DNA of 64,000 bases from an uncultured Acidobacteriota bacterium. GTDB lineage: Bacteria; Acidobacteriota; Thermoanaerobaculia; Multivoradales; JBCCEF01. The notes beneath the pieces are model-generated. The model made no database searches, was not told where the DNA came from, and worked only from the letters and a program-made list of their open reading frames with translations. A program made the translations under genes and the position numbers. The DNA lies in contig CAVSQV010000003.1 in NCBI GenBank assembly GCA_963730155.1, forward strand, positions 2,723,226-2,787,225, in the 5' to 3' direction. This document shows, in pieces, positions 12,807-22,096 of this stretch (positions are counted from its first letter, which is position 1; every line of letters begins with the position of its first letter).

Positions 12807-12826
12807 CTTGTGAAGACCTTCACAAG
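12807..12826. promoter_or_regulatory. CRP/FNR-family-type palindrome (TGTGA-N6-TCACA) in the intergenic region upstream of the atp operon
   Basis: CTTGTGAAG-AC-CTTCACAAG has 9-bp perfect arms, and its core equals TGTGA-N6-TCACA. It lies 38 nt after the ankyrin-PQQ stop and about 205 nt upstream of the atpZ ATG. It could alternatively be a terminator-less hairpin. Confidence 0.3.
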
Positions 12827-12863
12827 CTCGGCCGCCAGTTCGCTGCCGAGCACGCAGTCGGCC

Positions 12864-15063
12864 TCAGTCCGCTCCCAGCCCGTAGACGTGCCCGAGGGTG
12901 CGCACGACGAGCAGACCGCCGCAGATCGCCGGCGTCGACATCACCGTCTCGCCCATCGGCTGGACGGCGAGGAGCTCCGGCTCGGGGCCGGCGCGCAGGA
13001 CGTAGACCTCGCCCGTCTCGCTCGCGATGTAGAGCCGGCCGTCGGCCGCGACCGGCGAGGCGGAGAAGGAGGCGCCGGCGGCGGAGAGGCGGATGCTGCG
13101 AGAGCTGCTCGCCGGTCTCCGCGCGGTAGGCGGTCAGGATGCCGTTGTTGTTGCAGGTGTAGAGGATGCCGCGGTAGAGGATCGGCGTCGGGATGTAGGT
13201 GCCGCCGCGCGCGTGGCTCCAGGCGACCGCCGCGCTGCGCGCGCTCGCCCGCGGGCAGCGAGAGGTCGCCGCGCTGGCCGGGCCGCACGGCGTAGACCGG
13301 CCGCACCGGCGGGTAGCCGGCGGTCACGAACGCCAGGCCGTCGCCGACCACCGGCGTGGCGACCACGACCTCGGAGCTCGGCCCGAGGCTCCACAGCGGC
13401 CGGCCGGTCCGCGGGTCGTAGGCGCGGATCGTCGGCCCGTTGGCGATCAGCTCGTCGCCCGAGGGCGCCGGCAGGACGTTGGGCGTCGCCCAGGTGGAGG
13501 GCTCGTCGCGCGCCACCCGCCAGACCTCCTCGCCGGTCGGCCAGCCGGTAGGCGGCGAGGAAGGAGTCCTTGCGCCGGTCGCCCTGGACGAGCACCAGGT
13601 CGCCGTAGAGGATGGGCGAGCTGGCGTGCCCCCACTCGGCGCTGCCGGACTGCGGATCGTTGGCGTCGAGGACGCCGATGTCGCGCTGCCAGAGCTGCTT
13701 GCCCGTCGAAGTCGTAGGCGGCGAGCTTGCCGACCGCGCCGAAGAGCACGACGACGCGCTCGCCGTCGGTCGCCGGCGTGGCGTTGGCGAGGCTCGACTT
13801 GAGGTGGCGCCGCACCTGCGGCGCGCCGCGGTGGACCTCGCGCTCCCAGACACACGGCCCGGTCGCGGCGTCGAGCGCGTAGAGCCGGAAGGAGTGCTCG
13901 GAGAGGTCGTCGACCGAGGTGCCGTCGCCGTAGAGGCCGGTGCGGAAGGTGGTGTCGCCCTTGCCGCTCACCGCGGTGGTGACGAAGATCCGGTCGCCCC
14001 AGACGATCGGGCTGGACAGGCCGATGCCCGGGATCGGCGTCTTGAAGCGCACGCCTGCGCCGGTCGCGACGTCCCAGGCCGCGGGCGCGCCCTGGCCGTC
14101 GCCGATCCCCGAGGCGCGCGGGCCGCGGAACTGCGGCCACGGGCGGGGCGGGCCGGCGGCAGCTTCCGGCCTCGGCCCGTCCCGGCCTGCCCGTCACCGG
14201 CGGCCGCGGCGGCGCGCAGCGCGGCGGGCTCGGCGCGGCGACCGCGCCGAGGAACGAGACCTCGCCGTCGCGGTTGACGCGCGCCCACTCGACGAGCCCC
14301 GCGCGGCCGCCGAAGACGATCGACAGGTCGCCGTCCGGCGCTGTCGAAGCGATCCTCGGCGACCGGCAGCGACCGCGATCTCCGCCTGCGCCGGGCAGGG
14401 TGAGCACCAGGCCGCTCGCCGCGGACGGCGACCGTGACCTCCTTCCCGGTCTCGGGCCCGGTAGCGCCCGGCGTAGGCGGCCAGCCGCTCCGGCGGCCGG
14501 CCTTGTACGGCGGCCGCTGCCGCGGCTTCGCGGTCGCCGTCGGCCAGCAGCTCGCGCAGCGCCGGTCCGGCGCCCCCTCGGCCGCGCGGCGCGCCGCCGC
14601 GAGGTCGAGCGGCTCGACGAGGCCGGTGGCGAGCGCCGCGCGCGCCAGCTCCAGGTCGTCGCGCTCGATCGCCGCCCCGAGCGCGGCAGGCGGCGTCGTC
14701 GGCGCCGTGGGCGAGGAGGTAGCGCGCCAGCTCGAGGTGCCCGCCCCAGAGCGCCATGCTCGAGCGCCGAGGCGCCGAAGAAGCGGTCCTGGACGTTGAC
14801 GTTCGCCCCGCGCTCGACGAGCCGCTTCGCCGCCGCGAGGTGGCCCTTCTCGGCCGCGAAGTAGAGCGGCGTCTGGCCGTAGCGGGCCGGCGCGTCGACC
14901 GGCGCCCCGGCGGCGAGGAGCGCCTCGACCTGCGCCAGTCCCCGGCGCGGGCCGCCTCGCGCAGCGCCTCGCCCGGGTCGTCGGCCACCGCCGCTGCTGC
15001 GGCGGCGTGGAGGAGCACGATGGCGGCGGCGAGGGCGGGGCGGCGACGGTGCGGTGCGGTCAT
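12864..15063 (-). pseudogene. ankyrin-repeat / PQQ(BamB)-like beta-propeller protein, multiple frame changes
   Basis: ATG 15063 has GGAGGT upstream, and the signal-like N-terminus is MTAPHRRRPALAAAIVLLHAAAAAAV. Ankyrin repeats are present (GQTPLYFAAEKGHLAAAKRLVERGANVNVQD; ALWGGHLELARYLLAHGAD). Propeller blades follow ([153 protein letters not shown]-stop). These pieces are spread over all three minus frames (ORFs 14194..15120, 12941..15514, 13447..14052, 13134..13853). Confidence 0.75.
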
Positions 15064-15188
15064 GAGACCTCCGGCTGGTGGCGACTGGTGGACTCCGGAC
15101 GGACAGGCTCTTCCTACCACAGGCGGGCGGGCGCCGCAGGCGGCGGGCCGGGCTCTCGCGCCGTTCGGGCTTCATCGATAATGGCGCC

Positions 15189-15806
15189 ATGGGCTCCGAG
15201 TACGACCCGCTCTTCGCCGGGGCTCCCGGCGAGACCGCCGACGACCTCGACGTCGTGCGCGAGCGCTTCGCCCGCGCCTCCCGCCCGTTCCTGCGCTCGC
15301 CCTGGACCTGGCTGGCGTGGGCGGTCCTGGCGCCGGCGGCGGCGCTCCTGACCGCACCCGCGGCGGCGCGCTTCGGGCCCCCCGGCGTGCTCCTCCTCTG
15401 GTCGGCGGCGATCCTCGCCGGCGGCGCAGTCGAGGGGGCGGCGATCCTCCGCGGGCGCGGCCGCGAGCCGCGGAGCCCGCTGTCGCGCTGGGTGCTCCAC
15501 GTCCAGGGCAACACCTCGCTCCTGGCGGTGGCGCTCTCCGCGCTCCTCCTCTGGCTCGACGCCGCCTGGGCACTGCCGGGGGTCTGGCTCTTGATGCTCG
15601 GCCAGTCCTTTTACCTGCTCGGCGGCCTGGCGCTCCCCGCCTTCCGCGGCTGCGGCGTGCTCTACCAGGTCGCCGGCCTGATCGCGCTCTGGCCGGACGG
15701 CCCGGCGCTCGAGGTGCTGGCGGCGGCGATGCTGCTCGGCAACCTCTGGCTGGCGCGGGCGGTGCGGCGCGCCGGAGCCGCCGCCCGCGGGCCTCAGCGG
15801 TACTGA
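15189..15806 (+). CDS. integral membrane protein, unknown function
   Basis: ATG 15189 starts MGSEYDPLFAG..., followed by 5-6 hydrophobic segments (WTWLAWAVLAPAAALL, VLLLWSAAILAGGAV, LLAVALSALLLWL, GVWLLMLGQSFYLLGGLAL). No recognised domain. Confidence 0.5.
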   Translation: MGSEYDPLFAGAPGETADDLDVVRERFARASRPFLRSPWTWLAWAVLAPAAALLTAPAAARFGPPGVLLLWSAAILAGGAVEGAAILRGRGREPRSPLSRWVLHVQGNTSLLAVALSALLLWLDAAWALPGVWLLMLGQSFYLLGGLALPAFRGCGVLYQVAGLIALWPDGPALEVLAAAMLLGNLWLARAVRRAGAAARGPQRY

Positions 15807-16672
15807 AGGGTCGCCGAGCCGCTCACCCGGTCGGCGAGCGAGCGGCCGGTGAGCGCGACCAGGAGCGGCAGGCCGAGGAGCGCGGCGGTGAGGACGCCGG
15901 CGAGCCAGCGCAGGCCGGTCTCGCCGAAGGTCAGCGGCGCGTCGCCGGAGCCGCGCGCGACGACGCCGGCGGCCGTCATCCCCGGGGTGCGCCCCCAGAA
16001 GGCGAGGCTCACCACCGAATAGAGGAACGAGAAGGCGAGGAGGTACACCGCCAGCGCCGGCAGGTCGGCGGCGTCGAGCCGGGCGCCGAGCAGGACCGTG
16101 CCGATCCAGCCGGCGCCGGCGGCCGCGGCGTGGACGCCGAGATCGGCGAGCGCGGCGGTCAGGCGCGCCGCGAACGGCGCCGGCCCCGGACCGCGGGAGA
16201 GCGAGCGCGGCTCGGCGGCGGCGTCCTCGTCGTAGAGCCCGTAGCCCGGCGGCTCGGGCGCCGGCTCCGGGAGCGGCCGCGGCACGAACCGAGCCGGCTT
16301 GGCGGTATGCGGGACGGGCGGCGGCGGTGACGCCGCCGCGGGAGCGCGCGAGGCGCCGGACCGTGCGGTGCGCCCCCGCGGCGGCGGCGGCGCGGTCTCC
16401 AGCTCGAAGTCGCCCGGAAAGAGCGGCAGCTCCTCGCGGGCGGCGGACTCCTCCGCCGGGGCGCCGCGGGCCACCGGCCGCGGCGGCTCCTCCGCTCCGT
16501 CATCCCCGGAGTCTGCGGATTCACCGTCCGCGAAGTCGTCTCCGAGCTCGCTGGGGCCGACCTCGACGGGCCGCACCGCCGCCCCGGCCTCCCGCTCCTC
16601 GTCGTCGACCGGCGCGAGCGGCAGGTCGAAGAGTCGCGGCTCGTCGGCCTCGCGCTTTCTCATCCCGCGCAT
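15794..16672 (-). CDS. RDD-family membrane protein with acidic/proline-rich N-terminal region
   Basis: The C-terminal ~130 aa are RDD-like: R..A...D at the start (ARLTAALADLGVH), TM helices, then LTGRSLADRVSGS. The start is ATG 16672 (or 16663). The gene sits inside the composite 1265-aa ORF. Confidence 0.7.
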   Translation of the reverse strand: MRGMRKREADEPRLFDLPLAPVDDEEREAGAAVRPVEVGPSELGDDFADGESADSGDDGAEEPPRPVARGAPAEESAAREELPLFPGDFELETAPPPPRGRTARSGASRAPAAASPPPPVPHTAKPARFVPRPLPEPAPEPPGYGLYDEDAAAEPRSLSRGPGPAPFAARLTAALADLGVHAAAAGAGWIGTVLLGARLDAADLPALAVYLLAFSFLYSVVSLAFWGRTPGMTAAGVVARGSGDAPLTFGETGLRWLAGVLTAALLGLPLLVALTGRSLADRVSGSATLQYR

Positions 16673-16692
16673 CCTAGCGCGCCGGCCGGGCC

Positions 16693-18711
16693 TCAGCGGG
16701 TCGGCAGGTACTTGACGTAGATCCGGTAGAGCAGGTCCTTGTCGCGCTGCGCGTAGCTCTCGGCGAAGCGCAGGTGGCGGGTCGCCTCGGGGTCGTCGGG
16801 GCGCAGCTTGAGGATCTCGCGCAGCTTCTCCGCCGCCTGCTCGGTGTCGCCGCGCTGGAGGTCGCGCACCGCGAGGTTGTAGTAGGAGTCGACGATCAGC
16901 CGCTCGATCACCGGATCGCCCGGGCTCTCCTCGCGCAGCCGCCAGAGCGCCGGCAGCGCGTACTCGTACTGACCGTCGCGGAAGAGCGCGATCTGGGACG
17001 CGACCGGCTTGAGCAGCTCGCCGGTCTCGGCCCGCAGGGCCGTCTCCGGCTCGGCCAGCGGGGCGATCTCCGCCGCCTCGTCGAAGCGCTCCTGCGCGAG
17101 CAGGTACTCGCCGTCGGCGTAGGCCTGCCGCCCCTCGGCCAGGAGCTGCTCGCGCAGCGCCAGGTCCTCGACCGGCGGGCCCTCGGACTCGACCGGCTCG
17201 CCCTCGGCGCCGCCCGACGCCTCCCACTGCGTGATCAGAGCCTGGGCCTCCTCGTACTGCGGCGCGCCGGCCGGGATCCGGCGCAGCATGCCGATCGCGA
17301 GCTGGGTCTTGCCCTCGGCGTGAAGGTCGGTGGCGCGCGCGATCGGGTCGGAGGCGGCCGCCGCCGGCGCCGGCTCGCGAGCGTTGGGGAAGAAGCGGTC
17401 GCGTTCGAGATAGAGGAACGCGAGCGCGGCCGCCGCGACCACCAGCACCAGGCCGCCGGCCAAAAGCAGCAGCCGCCGCGAGCGCCCGCGGCCGGCGGCC
17501 GCCGCGACGGTGGGAGCCGCGGCGGACGTGGCGGCCGGACGGGCCGCGCCCGGCTCCGGCGGCACCAGGATCTCGCGGCGGAGGTCCCAGCCGGTGCCGC
17601 TGGCGTCGGCGTCGAAGGCGCGCCCGCGCGCCGGGGCGGCGCCCGCGGCCGCCGCCGCCCGCGGGGCCGGCGCCGGCGCCGCCGGCACCCGATCGATCTC
17701 GTCGAGGCGCTCGCGTGCGGCCATGTGGCCGGGGTTGATCTCGAGCACCCGCTCGAGGCCGCGCCGCGCCCCGTCGCGGTCGCCGGCCTCGAGCCGGTCG
17801 AGCGCGTCGTGGAAGACCTCCTCGACCTCGCGCTCCTGCTCGGCCTTGAGCCGGCGCGCCTCCTCGATCCGCTGCGACGCCACGGCGTGGTCGACGTCGA
17901 TCAGGAAGATCCGCGACCAGGAGTCGATGGCGTCCTGGTAGGCGCCGCGGTCGAACGCCGCCTGCCCCTCGGCCAGGAGCTGGCCGATGCGGTCGCCGGG
18001 GCCCGCGGCGGCGGGGCGTGCCGCGGCAAGACCTGCCGCGGCCGGGCCCGGCGCGGTCCGGCCCGGCGCGGCCGGCGGCGCGATCGCCCCGACCGCCCCG
18101 GCGGCGGCGAGCCGGCGCTGGAAGTCGCGCACCCCCGGGTGATCGGGATCGAGCGAGATCGCCTTGTCGAGGTGCCCGCGGGCGCCGGCGAGGTCGCCGG
18201 TCGAGGCTGCCGTGCGGGCCGATTCGAGGAAGCGCTGGACGTAGGGCGCGGCCTCCTGGCGCTCGCGCGCGGCGGCCGCCCGGCGCGCCACCTCGGGATC
18301 GCTGTCGGCGCCGCGCGCCAGCTCGAGGGCGCCGGCGAAGTCGCGCGCGGCGAAGCGCTGGTCGATCTCGGCGAGCAGCGCGCCGCGGTCCATGCGCGCC
18401 GAGGGGGGCTGGTGCAGGTCGAGGTCGTCGAGCGAGTCGAACAGCTCGTCGGCCGACGGCTCGACGGCGCCGCCGACCCCCGCGGTGGCCGGCCGCAGGT
18501 CGTCCACCGGCACCGCGCCGCCGGCCGCCTCCAGCCGGTCGACGAGCGTCCGCGCCGGCTCGAAGTCGGGGTCCATGCGCAGGATGAAGTCGCAGCCGAG
18601 CGTCGCCTCGTGGACGCTCCCGGCCGCCGCCAGGTCGAGGGTCTGGCCGAAGGTGCCGAGGATGCGCTGCTTGACCTCGGGCGAGAGAGCGGGGTTGCCG
18701 CGGTAGCTCAT
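16693..18711 (-). CDS. TPR-repeat protein with one central TM segment
   Basis: ATG 18711 starts MSYRGNPALSPEVKQRILG. Repeated TPR-like A..Y..A...(F/W)...L..DP..H motifs occur (GAYQDAIDSWSRIFLIDVDH, GDRDGARRGLERVLEINPGH, GDTEQAAEKLREILKLRPDDPE). The TM segment is LLLLAGGLVLVVAAAALAFLYL. Confidence 0.75.
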   Translation of the reverse strand: MSYRGNPALSPEVKQRILGTFGQTLDLAAAGSVHEATLGCDFILRMDPDFEPARTLVDRLEAAGGAVPVDDLRPATAGVGGAVEPSADELFDSLDDLDLHQPPSARMDRGALLAEIDQRFAARDFAGALELARGADSDPEVARRAAAARERQEAAPYVQRFLESARTAASTGDLAGARGHLDKAISLDPDHPGVRDFQRRLAAAGAVGAIAPPAAPGRTAPGPAAAGLAAARPAAAGPGDRIGQLLAEGQAAFDRGAYQDAIDSWSRIFLIDVDHAVASQRIEEARRLKAEQEREVEEVFHDALDRLEAGDRDGARRGLERVLEINPGHMAARERLDEIDRVPAAPAPAPRAAAAAGAAPARGRAFDADASGTGWDLRREILVPPEPGAARPAATSAAAPTVAAAAGRGRSRRLLLLAGGLVLVVAAAALAFLYLERDRFFPNAREPAPAAAASDPIARATDLHAEGKTQLAIGMLRRIPAGAPQYEEAQALITQWEASGGAEGEPVESEGPPVEDLALREQLLAEGRQAYADGEYLLAQERFDEAAEIAPLAEPETALRAETGELLKPVASQIALFRDGQYEYALPALWRLREESPGDPVIERLIVDSYYNLAVRDLQRGDTEQAAEKLREILKLRPDDPEATRHLRFAESYAQRDKDLLYRIYVKYLPTR

Positions 18712-18748
18712 GGCGTTCGGGCCGTTTAGGTCCCGGTATGCTAACAGA

Positions 18749-19690
18749 GTGGGCGCGCTGCTCGAGACGGTCCCGAACGTCAGCGAGGGGCGCCGGCCCG
18801 AGGTCGTCGAGCGGCTCGCCGCGGCGGCCGCCGGCGCCGGCGGCGCCCGGCTCCTCGACCTCCACGTCGACCCCGACCACAACCGCTCGGTGCTCACCCT
18901 GGCCGGCGAGGCGCCGGAGCTGATCGCCGCTCTCCTCGCCCTCTACGAGGCCGCGCTGGCCGAGATCGACCTCACCCGCCACCGCGGCGCCCACCCCCGG
19001 GTCGGCGCGGTCGACGTGGTGCCGTTCGTGCCGCTCGCCGGCGCGGCGACGGCGGACGCGGTGGCGGCCGCCCGCACCCTCGGCGCGGCGGTGGCCGCGC
19101 GCTTCGGCGTGCCGGTCTACCTCTACGAGGCGGCGGCCTCCCGCCCCGAGCGCCGGCGCCTGCCCGACCTCCGCCGCGGCGGCTTCGAGGGTTTCCCGGC
19201 GAAGATGGCGCAGCCCGGCTGGGAGCCCGACTTCGGCCCGTCGCGCGTGCACCCTACCGCCGGGGTCTCGATCGTCGGCGCCCGCGACTTCCTGATCGCC
19301 TTCAACGCCCTGCTCGACACTGCCGACCTCGGCGTGGCGCGGGCGGTCGCCCGGGCGGTCCGCGAGAGCGGCGGCGGCCTGCCCGCGGTGCGCGCGATCG
19401 GCGTCCACCTGGCGAGCCGCGGCCGGGCCCAGGTGAGCATGAACCTGCTCGACTACCGCCGCACCTCGATGGCCGAGGCGCTGGCCGCGGTCGAGGCCGA
19501 GGCGGCGCGGCACGGCGCGCGGGTGACCGAGACCGAGATCGTCGGCCTGGTCCCCCGCGCGGCGGTGTGCGGCGACCTCGGCGCGGCGCAAGTGCTCGAG
19601 GAGCGTCTCGGAGCCGTTCTCAAGCCAGGGCGAAGCGGACCTCGGCGTCCTGACCGGCGCCGCGCCAGGCCAGGGCGTCCTCCTCGCTGA
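18749..19690 (+). CDS. ftcD: glutamate formimidoyltransferase
   Basis: LLETVPNVSEGRR ... LLDLHVDPDHNRSVLTLAGE ... HRGAHPRVGAVDVVPFVP ... VPVYLYE match the formiminotransferase N- and central-domain signatures. A GTG start at 18749 is inferred. Confidence 0.85.
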   Translation: MGALLETVPNVSEGRRPEVVERLAAAAAGAGGARLLDLHVDPDHNRSVLTLAGEAPELIAALLALYEAALAEIDLTRHRGAHPRVGAVDVVPFVPLAGAATADAVAAARTLGAAVAARFGVPVYLYEAAASRPERRRLPDLRRGGFEGFPAKMAQPGWEPDFGPSRVHPTAGVSIVGARDFLIAFNALLDTADLGVARAVARAVRESGGGLPAVRAIGVHLASRGRAQVSMNLLDYRRTSMAEALAAVEAEAARHGARVTETEIVGLVPRAAVCGDLGAAQVLEERLGAVLKPGRSGPRRPDRRRARPGRPPR

Positions 19691-20567
19691 GCAGCCCGAG
19701 GCCGTCCGGGGCGCGGCGGCGGAAGACCTCGGTCGGGGTCGCGCCGGCCAGCTCGCGGAAGTCGCGCACCAGGTGCGCTTGGTCGTAGTAGCCGCAGTCG
19801 AGCGCGAACTCCGCCCAGCGGACGCGGTCGAGCGTGCAGAGGCGCTCGAAGGCGCTCTCGAAGCGCACCACGCGCGCGAACGCCTTGGGCGCCAGGCCGA
19901 CCTCGGCGCGGAAGCGCTCGGTCAGCCAGCGATGGCTGTAGCCGGTGGCCCTCGCCAGCTCGCGGATCGGCGCCGCGCCGCGGCTCGCCTGGAGCACCGC
20001 CAGGGCGTGGCGGACGGCGGGGGAGGGCAACGGCGCGGCGCCGAGGTGGCGGGCGACCGCCGCCGCCAGGAGCAGCACGCGGCGCCGCAGGTCGGCGGTG
20101 GCGGCGAGCTGGTCGCGCAGCCGCTCGACCCCGGGACCGAGGATCGCGTCGAGCTCGATCACCGCGCCGGCGATCGCCGCCGGGGTGTCGCGCAGGAAGG
20201 CCGCGACCCCCTCGGGCCGCAGCCGGACGCCGGCCATCGCGGGGTTCGCCGGCGACGCCACGGAGAGCGGCCGCTGCTGGAGGCCGGAGACGAAGCTGGT
20301 CGCGAAGTCGCGGTCGCGCTCGCGGCCCCGGGGGTCGCGCAGCAGGTGGCGGTCGGCGAGGCAGAACAGCACCTCGGTGCGCGAGCGGGGCAGGATCTCC
20401 TCGGCCTCGAACACCCCCTCGCCGGCGCTCGTCCAGACCGCCTCGACCCGCTCCGCGAGCGGCCCCTCGGGGAACGCCAGCACCATCCGCCAGCGCCCGA
20501 GCGGCGAGTCGTGGCGGTCCTCGATCACCCGCCAGCCGAAGTCGGCCGGAGCGCGGCTCGGGGTCAT
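19620..20567 (-). CDS. AraC-family transcriptional regulator
   Basis: The C-terminal HTH pair reads IRELARATGYSHRWLTERFRAEVGLAPKAFARVVRFESAF...FALDCGYYDQAHLVRDFRELAGATP. The ATG at 20567 overlaps the mpl stop (ATGA). Confidence 0.85.
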   Translation of the reverse strand: MTPSRAPADFGWRVIEDRHDSPLGRWRMVLAFPEGPLAERVEAVWTSAGEGVFEAEEILPRSRTEVLFCLADRHLLRDPRGRERDRDFATSFVSGLQQRPLSVASPANPAMAGVRLRPEGVAAFLRDTPAAIAGAVIELDAILGPGVERLRDQLAATADLRRRVLLLAAAVARHLGAAPLPSPAVRHALAVLQASRGAAPIRELARATGYSHRWLTERFRAEVGLAPKAFARVVRFESAFERLCTLDRVRWAEFALDCGYYDQAHLVRDFRELAGATPTEVFRRRAPDGLGLLSEEDALAWRGAGQDAEVRFALA

Positions 20568-22006
20568 CGCCGGGACAGCTCCTCGAGCAGCCGATGGGGC
20601 AGCCGGTCGAACGAGCCCGACGACATCGTGACCGCGACGTCGCCCGGCCGCGCCAGCTCGAGCGCGGCGGTGAGGACGCCGTCGATCGAGTCGCAGGCGC
20701 GCGCCTCGCGGCCCGGCCGCCGCAGCTCGGCGGCGAGCGCCTCGCGGTCGAGGAGCTGGTCCGGACCGAGCCGGCCGGCGTGGTAGACCGGCGCCAGGAG
20801 CACCGCGCCCGCCGGCGCGAAGGCCTCGGCGTAGGCGGCGGCCAGGTGGGCGCGGCCGGCGGTCAGGCTGCGCGGCTCGAAGCAGGCGAGGAGGCGCCGG
20901 CCTCCCCGACTCGAAACACCGTAGCGGCCGGCGAGCGCCTCGAGCGTCCGGCGCACCGCGGTCGGGTGGTGGGCGAAGTCGTCGACCACGGTGACTCCGC
21001 CCGCGGTGCCGATCTCCTCCTGGCGCCGCTTGACGCCGCGGAACTCCCCGAGCGCCGCCGCCACCGCCGCCGCCGGCAGCCCGTCGGCGCGCGCCGCCGC
21101 CCACACCGCGAGCGCGTTCTCGGCGTTGTGGCGGCCGGCCAGGGAGAGCCGGATCTCGACGGTCCCGGTTCCGTCGGGGCCGGTGCCGTCCCCGGCCCCG
21201 GGGTCGGCGACCCGGAAGCGGCAGCCGCCGGCGCTCTCCTCGACCGCGCCGAGCGGGGTCACGTCGCAGCCCGGGCCGAGGCCGTAGGTAACCACCCGGC
21301 ACGGCGCCGATTCGCGCGCCAGGCGCACCGCGTCGGCGTCGTCGCCCGAGACCACCGCGAGGCCGCCCGGCGGCAGGCGCGAGAGCAGCTCGCGGTAGGC
21401 GGCGTGGAGCGACTCCGGCTCGGGGTAGAGGTCGGCGTGGTCGTGCTCGACGCTGGTCAGGATCAGCGTCTCGGCCCGGTAGTGCAGGAACTTCGGCCCG
21501 CGGTCGAAGTAGGCGGCGTTGTACTCGTCCCCCTCGACGATGAAGCGCTCGCCGGCGCCGGCGCGGAAGCTCGACGGCAGGCCGAGCGGCACGCCGCCGA
21601 CCAGGTAGCCGGGGTCGCGGCCGCAGCGGCTCCAGACCCAGGCGGCGAGCGCGGTGGTGGTGGTCTTGCCGTGGGTGCCGGCGACCACCAGCGGCCGGCG
21701 GCCGGCGAGGAAGAAGCGCGCCAGCGCCTCGGGCATCGACAGCCGGGGCAGGCCGCGCTCCTCGGCGGCGCGCGCCTCGGGGTTGTCGCGCGGCACCGCG
21801 TTGCCGACCACCACCAGGTCGGGCGCCGGCTCGAGGTGGGCCGGGTCCCAGCCGACGTGAGGCGCGATGCCGGCGGCCGCGAGGAGGGTCGACATCGGCG
21901 GGTAGAGCGGCCCGTCGGCGCCGCGCACCCGGTGGCCCTGCTCTTGCAGCAGGCACGCGAGCGGCGCCATGCCCGTACCCCCGATCGCGATCAGGTAGAC
22001 GTCCAG
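20564..22006 (-). CDS. mpl: UDP-N-acetylmuramate:L-alanyl-gamma-D-glutamyl-meso-DAP ligase (Mpl)
   Basis: GTHGKTTTTALAAWVW is a Mur-ligase P-loop, and the Mpl-like N-terminus reads IAIGGTGMAPLACLLQEQGHRVRGADGPLYPPMSTLL. The listed ORF starts at ATG 21970, inside the Rossmann strand. The frame is open upstream with no ATG, GTG or TTG. CTG 22006 sits 7 nt after GAGAGG and is proposed as the start (uncertain). Confidence 0.85.
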   Translation of the reverse strand: MDVYLIAIGGTGMAPLACLLQEQGHRVRGADGPLYPPMSTLLAAAGIAPHVGWDPAHLEPAPDLVVVGNAVPRDNPEARAAEERGLPRLSMPEALARFFLAGRRPLVVAGTHGKTTTTALAAWVWSRCGRDPGYLVGGVPLGLPSSFRAGAGERFIVEGDEYNAAYFDRGPKFLHYRAETLILTSVEHDHADLYPEPESLHAAYRELLSRLPPGGLAVVSGDDADAVRLARESAPCRVVTYGLGPGCDVTPLGAVEESAGGCRFRVADPGAGDGTGPDGTGTVEIRLSLAGRHNAENALAVWAAARADGLPAAAVAAALGEFRGVKRRQEEIGTAGGVTVVDDFAHHPTAVRRTLEALAGRYGVSSRGGRRLLACFEPRSLTAGRAHLAAAYAEAFAPAGAVLLAPVYHAGRLGPDQLLDREALAAELRRPGREARACDSIDGVLTAALELARPGDVAVTMSSGSFDRLPHRLLEELSRR

Positions 22007-22096
22007 AAACGCGCCTCTCGCAGAGTCGGAAAAGCCCTTGAATCGAAGGGGATATACTCGTTGCCCGCCGAACCGGACTGGAAGGAGACCGCAGTG

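Noticed and set aside
15794-19591. A 1265-aa ORF, and similarly 12941..15514 (857 aa), 19620..22130 (836 aa), 6370..9207 (945 aa), 9808..11232 (474 aa) and 51957..54527 (856 aa), read as single giant proteins.
   Set aside because: Each is a composite. Only the parts with recognisable protein sequence (the RDD protein, AraC, the atpA N-terminus, atpF, the hppA N-terminus and so on) are real. The rest is read-through of out-of-frame neighbouring genes, because the frame happens to lack stops.
19620-19690. A 71-nt overlap of the convergent ftcD and AraC-family genes.
   Set aside because: The last ~25 aa of ftcD (…RSGPRRPDRRRARPGRPPR) look like antisense-frame read-through rather than conserved sequence. 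This is probably just a late stop codon in GC-rich DNA and not a functional overlap.
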